Shown here piece by piece: positions 36,401-42,566 of a stretch of 42,566 nucleotides of DNA (position 1 is its first letter; the number at the start of each line of letters is the position of its first letter). The notes under the pieces are model-generated. The model was not told the DNA's origin, searched no databases, and worked only from the letters and a program-made list of their open reading frames with translations. Origin of the DNA: Chiloscyllium plagiosum (taxonomy: Eukaryota); contig NC_057719.1 in the NCBI RefSeq assembly GCF_004010195.1, positions 6,093,831-6,136,396 on the forward strand. Reading direction: 5' to 3'. Both the position numbers and the translations under genes were made by a program.

Positions 36401-39400
36401 ACTGCGGGTCTGTCTGATAATCAGTGTGTCAGACTGAGGGTCTATTCGATTATCAGTGTATCAGACTGAGGGTCTATTTGATAATCAGTGTGTCAGTCTG
36501 TGCGTCTGTCCAATAGTCAGTGTGTCAGACTGCGGGTCTATCCGATAACCAGTGTGTCAGACTGCGGGTCTATCCGATAACCAGTGTGTCAGACTGCGGT
36601 TCTGTCTGTGAAGCTCTGTGTCAGACTGCGGGTCTATCCGATAATCAGTGACTCAGACAGTGGGTCTATCCAATAATCAGTGTGTCAGACTGCGGTTCTG
36701 TCTGTTAAGCAGAGTCTCAGACTGCGGTTCTATCCGATAACCAGTGTGTCAGACTGTGGGTCTGACCGATAATCAGTGTGTCAGACTGCGGGTCTGTCCG
36801 ATAATCAGTGTGTCAGACTGTGGGTCGGACCGATAATCAGTGTGTCAGACTGCGGGTCGATCCGATAATCAGTGTGTCAGACTGCGGGTCTGTCTCTTAA
36901 GTAGTGTGTCAGACAGCGGATCTATCCGATAACCATTGTGTCAGACTGCGAGTCTATCCGATAATTAGTGTGTCAGACTGTGGGTCTGTCCGATAATCAG
37001 TGTGTCAGACTGCGGGTCTGTCTGTTAAGCAGTGTGTCAGACTGCGGGTCTATCCAATAATCAGTATGTCAGATGTGGGTCGGACCGATAATCAGTGTGT
37101 CAGACTGCGGGTCTGTCCGATAATCAGTGTGTCAGACTGCGGGTATGTCTGTTAAGCAGTGTGTCAGACTGCGGGTCTATCCGATAATCAGTGTGTCAGA
37201 CTGCGGGTCGATCCGATAATCAGTGTGTTAGACTGCGGGTCTGTCTCTTAAGTAGTGTGTCAGACAGCGGATCTATCCAATAATCAGTATGTCAGATGTG
37301 GGTCGGACCGATAATCAGTGTGTCAGACTGCGGGTCGATCCGATAATCAGTGTGTCAGACTGCGGGTCGATCCGATAATCAGTGTGTCAGACAGTGGAAC
37401 TATCCGATAACCATTGTGTCAGACTGCGAGTCTATCCAATAATCAGTGTGTCAGACAGCAGGTCTTTCCAATAATCAGTGTGTCAGACAGTGGGTCGATC
37501 CGATAATCAGTGTGTCAGACTGAGGGTGTATCCGATAATAAATGTGGCACTGTGGGTCTGTCCGATAATCAATGTGTCAGACTGCGGGTCTGTCCGATAA
37601 TCAGTGTGTCAGACTGCGGGTCGATCCGATAATCAGTGTGTTAGACTGCGGGTCTATCCGATAATCAGTGTGTCAGACTGCGTGTCTGTCCGATAATCAG
37701 TGTGTCAGACTGTGGGTCGATCCGATAATCAGTGTGTCAGTCTGCGGGTCTATCCGATAATCAGTGTGTCAGACTGCGGGTCGATCCGATAATCAGTGTG
37801 TCAGACAGCAAGTCTTTCCGATAATCAGTGGGTCAGACTGAGGGTCGATCCGATAATCAGTGTGTCAGACTGAGGGTGTATCCGATAATAAATGTGGCAC
37901 TGTGGGTCTGTCCGATAATCAATGTGTCAGACTGTGAGTCTGTCCGATAATCCGTGGGTCAGACTGAGGGTCTATCCGATAATCAGTGTGTCAGTCTGCG
38001 GTTCTTTCTGTTAAGCAGTGTGTCAGACTGCGTGTCGATCCGATAATCAGTGTGTCCGACTGCGGGTCTGTCCAATAATCAGTGTGTCAGACTGCGTTTC
38101 TGTCTGATAATCAGTGTGACAGACTGCGGGTCTGTCTGATAATCAGTGTGACAGACTGCGTTTCTGTCTGATAATCAGTGTGACAGACTGCGGGTCTGTC
38201 TGATAATCAGTGTGTCAGTCTGCGGTTCTTTCTGTTAAGCAGTGTGTCAGACTGCGTGTCGATCTGACAATCAGTGTGTCCGACTGCGGGTCTGTCCGAT
38301 AATCAGCGTGTCAGACTGCGTGTCGATCCGATAATCAGTGTGTCAGACTGCGGGTCTCCAATAATCAGTGTGTCAGACTGTGGGTCTATCTGTTAAGATG
38401 TGTATCAGACTGCAGGTCTATCCAATAACCAGCGTGTGAGACTGCGGGTCTGTCCGATAATCAGTGTGTCAGACTGCAGTTCTGTCCAATAATCAGTGTG
38501 TCAGATTGCGGGTTTATCCAATAATCAGTGTGTCAGACTGTGGGTGTATTCATTAATCAGTGTGTCAGACTGCGGGTCGATCTGATAATCAGTGTGTCTG
38601 ACTGCGGGTCTATCCTATAACCAGTGTGTCAGACTGTGGGGCTTTCAAATAAACAGTATGTCAGACTGCAGGTCTGTCCAGTAACCAGTGTGTCAGACTG
38701 TGAGTCTATCCGATAATCAGTGTGTCAGACTGCGGGTCTATCCGATAACCAGCGTGTCAGACTGCAGATCTGTCCGATAATCAGTGTGTCAGACTGCGGG
38801 TCTATCCGATAATCAGTGTGTCAGACTGTGGGTCTGTCCGATAATCAATGTGACAGACTGCGGGTCTATCCGATAATCAGTGTGTCAGACTGCGTCTCTG
38901 TCCGATAATCAGTGTGTCAGACTGCGGGTCTGTCCGATAATCAGTGTGTCAGACTGCGGGTCTGTCCGATAATCAGTGGGTCAGACAGCGGGTCTATCCG
39001 ATAATCAGTGTGTCAGACTGCGGGTCTGCCAATAATCAGTGTGTCAGATGCGAGCCTATCCGATAATCAGTGTGTCAGACTGCGGGTTTATCCGATAACC
39101 AGTGTGTCAGACTGCGTGTCTGTCTGATAATCAGTGTGTCAGACTGCGGGTCTGCCCATAATCAGTGTGTCAGATTGCGAGCCTATCCGATAACCAGTGT
39201 GTCAGACTGCGGGTCTGTCCAATAGTCAGTGTGTCAGACTGCGTGTCTGTCCGATAATCAGTGTATCCGACTGCGGGTCTGTCCAATAATCAGTGTGTCA
39301 GATTGCGGGTCTGTCCAATAACCAGTGTGTCAGGCTGCGTGTCTGTCCGATAATCAGTGTGTCCGACTGCGGGTCTGTCCAATAACCAGTGTGTCAGATT

Positions 39401-42400
39401 GAGGGTCTGTCCGATAACCAGTATGTCAGACTGCGGGTCTGTCCGATAATCAGTGTGTCAGACTGCGGGTCTGTCCAATAATCAGTGTGTCAGATTACGG
39501 GTCTGTCCAATAACCAGTGTGTCTGAGTTCAGGTCTATCCTATAACCAGTGTGTCAGACTGTGGGTCTAACTGATAATCAGTGTGTCAGATTGCGGGTTT
39601 GTCCGATAACCAGTGTGTCAGATTGCGGGTCTGTCCAATAATCAGTGTGTCAGTCTGCGAGTCTATACGATAATCAGTGTGTCAGACTGCGGGTCTGTCC
39701 GATAACCAGTGTATCAGACTGTGAGTTGATCCAATAACCCGTGTATTAGAATGTGGGTCTGTCCAGTAATCAGTGTGTCAGACTGCGGGTCTGTCCGATA
39801 GCCAGTGTGTCACAATGCGGGCCTATCAGATAATCAATGTGTCAGACTGCGGGTCTGTCCGATAACCAGTGTGTCAGACTGCGGGTCGATCTGATAATCA
39901 GTGTGTCAAACTGGTAGTCTATCCGATTGAGAGTGTATCCTATACTCAATGTGTCAGACTGTGTGTCTGTCCAATAACTAGTGTGTCAGGGTTGTGGGAC
40001 TCTCCGATAATCAGTGTATCAGTCCGTGGGTCTGTCCGATATTCAGTGTGACAGACTGCGGGTCTGTCCAATAATCAGTGTGTCAGATTGCGGGTCTGTC
40101 CAATAATCAGTGTGTCATAATGAGAGACTGTCCAATAGCCAGTGTGTCAGACTGCGGGTCTGTCCGATAATCAGTGTGTCATACTGAGGGTGTATCCGTT
40201 AATAAATGTGACAGACTGTGGGTCTGTCCTATAATCGGTGTGTCAGACGGCGGGTCTGTCCGATAATCAGTGTGTCAGACTGCGGGTTTATTCGATAACC
40301 AGTGTTTCAAACTGCAGATCAGTCCAATAATCAGGTCAGACTGCGGGTCTCTCTGATAATCAGTGTGTCAGACTGCGGGTCTCTCTGATAATCAGTGTGT
40401 CAGACTGCGGGTTAATCCAATAATCAGTGTGTCAGACTGCGGGTCTCTCTGATAATCAGTGTGTCAGACTGCGGGTCTGTCTGATAATCAGTGTGACAGA
40501 CTGCGGGTCTGTCCGATATTCAGTATGTCAGACTGCGGGTCTATCCGATAATCAGTGTGTCAGACTGCAGGTCTCTCTGATAATCAGTGTGTCAGACTGC
40601 GGGTTAATCCAATAATCAGTGTGTCAGACTGCGGGCCTCTCTGATAATCAGTGTGTCAGACTGCGGGTTAATCCAATAATCAGTGTGTCAGACTGCGGGT
40701 CTGTCCGATAATCTATGTGGTAGACTGCGTGTCTGTCCGATAACCAGTGTGTCAGACTGCGGGCCTGTCTGATAATCAGTGTGTCAGACTGCGTGTCTGT
40801 CCGATAACCAGTGTGTCAGACTGCGGGTCTGTCCGATAATCAGTGTGTCAGACTGCGGGTCTATCCGATAATCAGTGTGTCAGACTGTGGGTCTGTCCAA
40901 TAATCAGTGTGACAGACTGCGGGTCTGTCTGATAATCAGTGTGTCAGACTGCGTGTCTGTCCGATAATCAGTGTGTCAGACTGCGGGTCTATCCGATAAT
41001 TAGTGTGACAGACTGCGGGTCTCTCCGATAATCAGTGTGTCAGACTGCGGGTCTGTCTGATAATCAGTGGGTCAGACAGCGGGTCTATCCGATAATCAGT
41101 GTGTCAGACTGCGGGTCTGCCAATAATCAGTGTTCAGATGCTAGCCTATCCGATAATCAGTGTGTCAGACTGCGGGTTTATCCGATTACCATGGTGTCAG
41201 ACTGCGTGTCTGTCTGATAATCAGTGTGTCAGACTGCGGGTCTGTCCGATAATTATGTGGCAGACTTTGGGGTCTGTCCGATAATCAGTGTGTCAGAGTG
41301 CGGGGTCTGTCCGAAAATTATGTGGCAGACTTTGGGGTCTGTCCGATAATCAGTGTGTCAGACTGCGGGTCTGTCCAATAATCAGTGTGTCAGACTGCGG
41401 GTCTGTCTGATAATCAGTGTGTCAGACTGCGGGTCTGCCAATAATCAGTGTGTCAGACTGCGAGCCTATCCAATAATCAGTGTGTCAGACTGAGGGTGTA
41501 TCCGATAATAAATGTGGCACTGTGAGTCTATCCGATAATCAGTGTGTCAGACTGCGGGACTATCCGATAATCAGTGTGTCAGACTGCGGGGGTGTCCGAT
41601 AATCTATGTGGCAGACTGCGGGCCTGTCTGATAATCAGTGTGTCAGACTGCGGGTCTGTCCGATAATCAGTACGTCAGACGGTGGGTCGATCCGATAATC
41701 AGTGTGTCAGACTTCAAGTTGATCCGATAATCAGTGTGTCAGACTGCGGGTCTGTCCGATCATTTTGTGGCAGACTTTGGGGTCTGTCCGATAATCAGTG
41801 TGTCAGACTGCGGGTCTGTCCAATAATCAGTGTGTTAGATTGCGGGTCTGTCTGATAATCAGTGTGTCAGACTGCGGGTCTGCCAATAATCAGTGTGTCA
41901 GACTGCGAGCATATCCGATAATCAGTGTGTCAGACTGAGGGTGTATCCGATAATAAATGTGGCACTGTGAGTCTATCCGATAATCAGTGTGTCAGACTGC
42001 GGGTCTATCCGATAATCAGTGTGTCAGACTGCGGGTTAATCCAATAATCAGTGTGTCAGACTGAGGGTTTGTCCGATAATCAGTGTGTCTTACTGCGAGT
42101 CTATCCGATAATCAGTGTGTCTGACTGCGGGTCTATTCGATAACCAGTTTGTCAGACTGCGTTTCTGTCTGATAATCAGTGTGTCAGACTGCGGGACTAT
42201 CCGATAATCAGTGTGTCAGACTGAGGGTGTATCCGATAATAAATGTGGCACTGTGAGTCTATCCGATAATCAGTGTGTCAGACTGAGGGTGTATCCGATA
42301 ATAAATGTGGCACTGTGAGTCTATCCGATAATCAGTGTGTCAGACTGAGGGTGTATCCGATAATAAATGTGGCACTGTGAGTCTATCCGATAATCAGTGT

Positions 42401-42566
42401 GTCAGACTGCGGGACTATCCGATAATCAGTGTGTCAGACTGCGGGACTATCCGATAATCAGTGTGTCAGACTGCGGGACTATCCGATAATCAGTGTGTCA
42501 GACTGCGGGACTATCCGATAATCAGTGTGTCAGACTGCGGGTCTGTCCAATAATCAGTGTGTCAGA
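30483..42566 (-). repeat. 32-bp tandem satellite, block 2, inverted relative to block 1 (~375 units, runs off window)
   Basis: Tandem TCAGACTGCGGGTCT(G/A)TCCGATAATCAGTGTG, the reverse complement of the block 1 unit; N gap at 33912-34013. Confidence 0.98.

Noticed and set aside
17992..41284. Dozens of Cys-rich ORFs (CQTAGLSDNQCVRLRVCPIISVSDCGS) as zinc-finger, metallothionein or keratin-associated proteins
   Set aside because: A 32-bp unit cycles through all frames every 96 bp with a consensus TAA; ORFs appear only where that stop has mutated, mostly from GTG/TTG starts.
17318..42566. CRISPR array (32-bp partly palindromic repeat)
   Set aside because: Units are directly adjacent with no unique spacers, there are no cas genes, and the context is vertebrate.

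Overview
Eukaryotic, repeat-derived DNA from a cartilaginous fish, most likely a shark (HE1-type SINEs, HER1/CR1 LINEs). I can support no host gene. Bases 1-17.3 kb are nested, decayed retroelements: a near full-length CR1/HER1 LINE (minus, ~3313-8004), several CR1 fragments, a second APE-type LINE family, a Tx1 3' end, SINEs, and short fold-back Penelope-derived inserts, two with 14-15 bp target-site duplications. There is also a decayed tRNA-Trp copy next to a B-box-less HE1 SINE. From ~17318 to the end is a 32-bp tandem satellite (consensus CACACTGATTATCGGACAGACCCGCAGTCTGA, roughly 750 copies) with higher-order variant blocks. It contains a Penelope RT fragment and flips orientation across a 500-N gap. 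The many Cys-rich 60-110 aa ORFs are translations of the satellite, and the array is not CRISPR. Family names come from recalled sequence features, not database searches.
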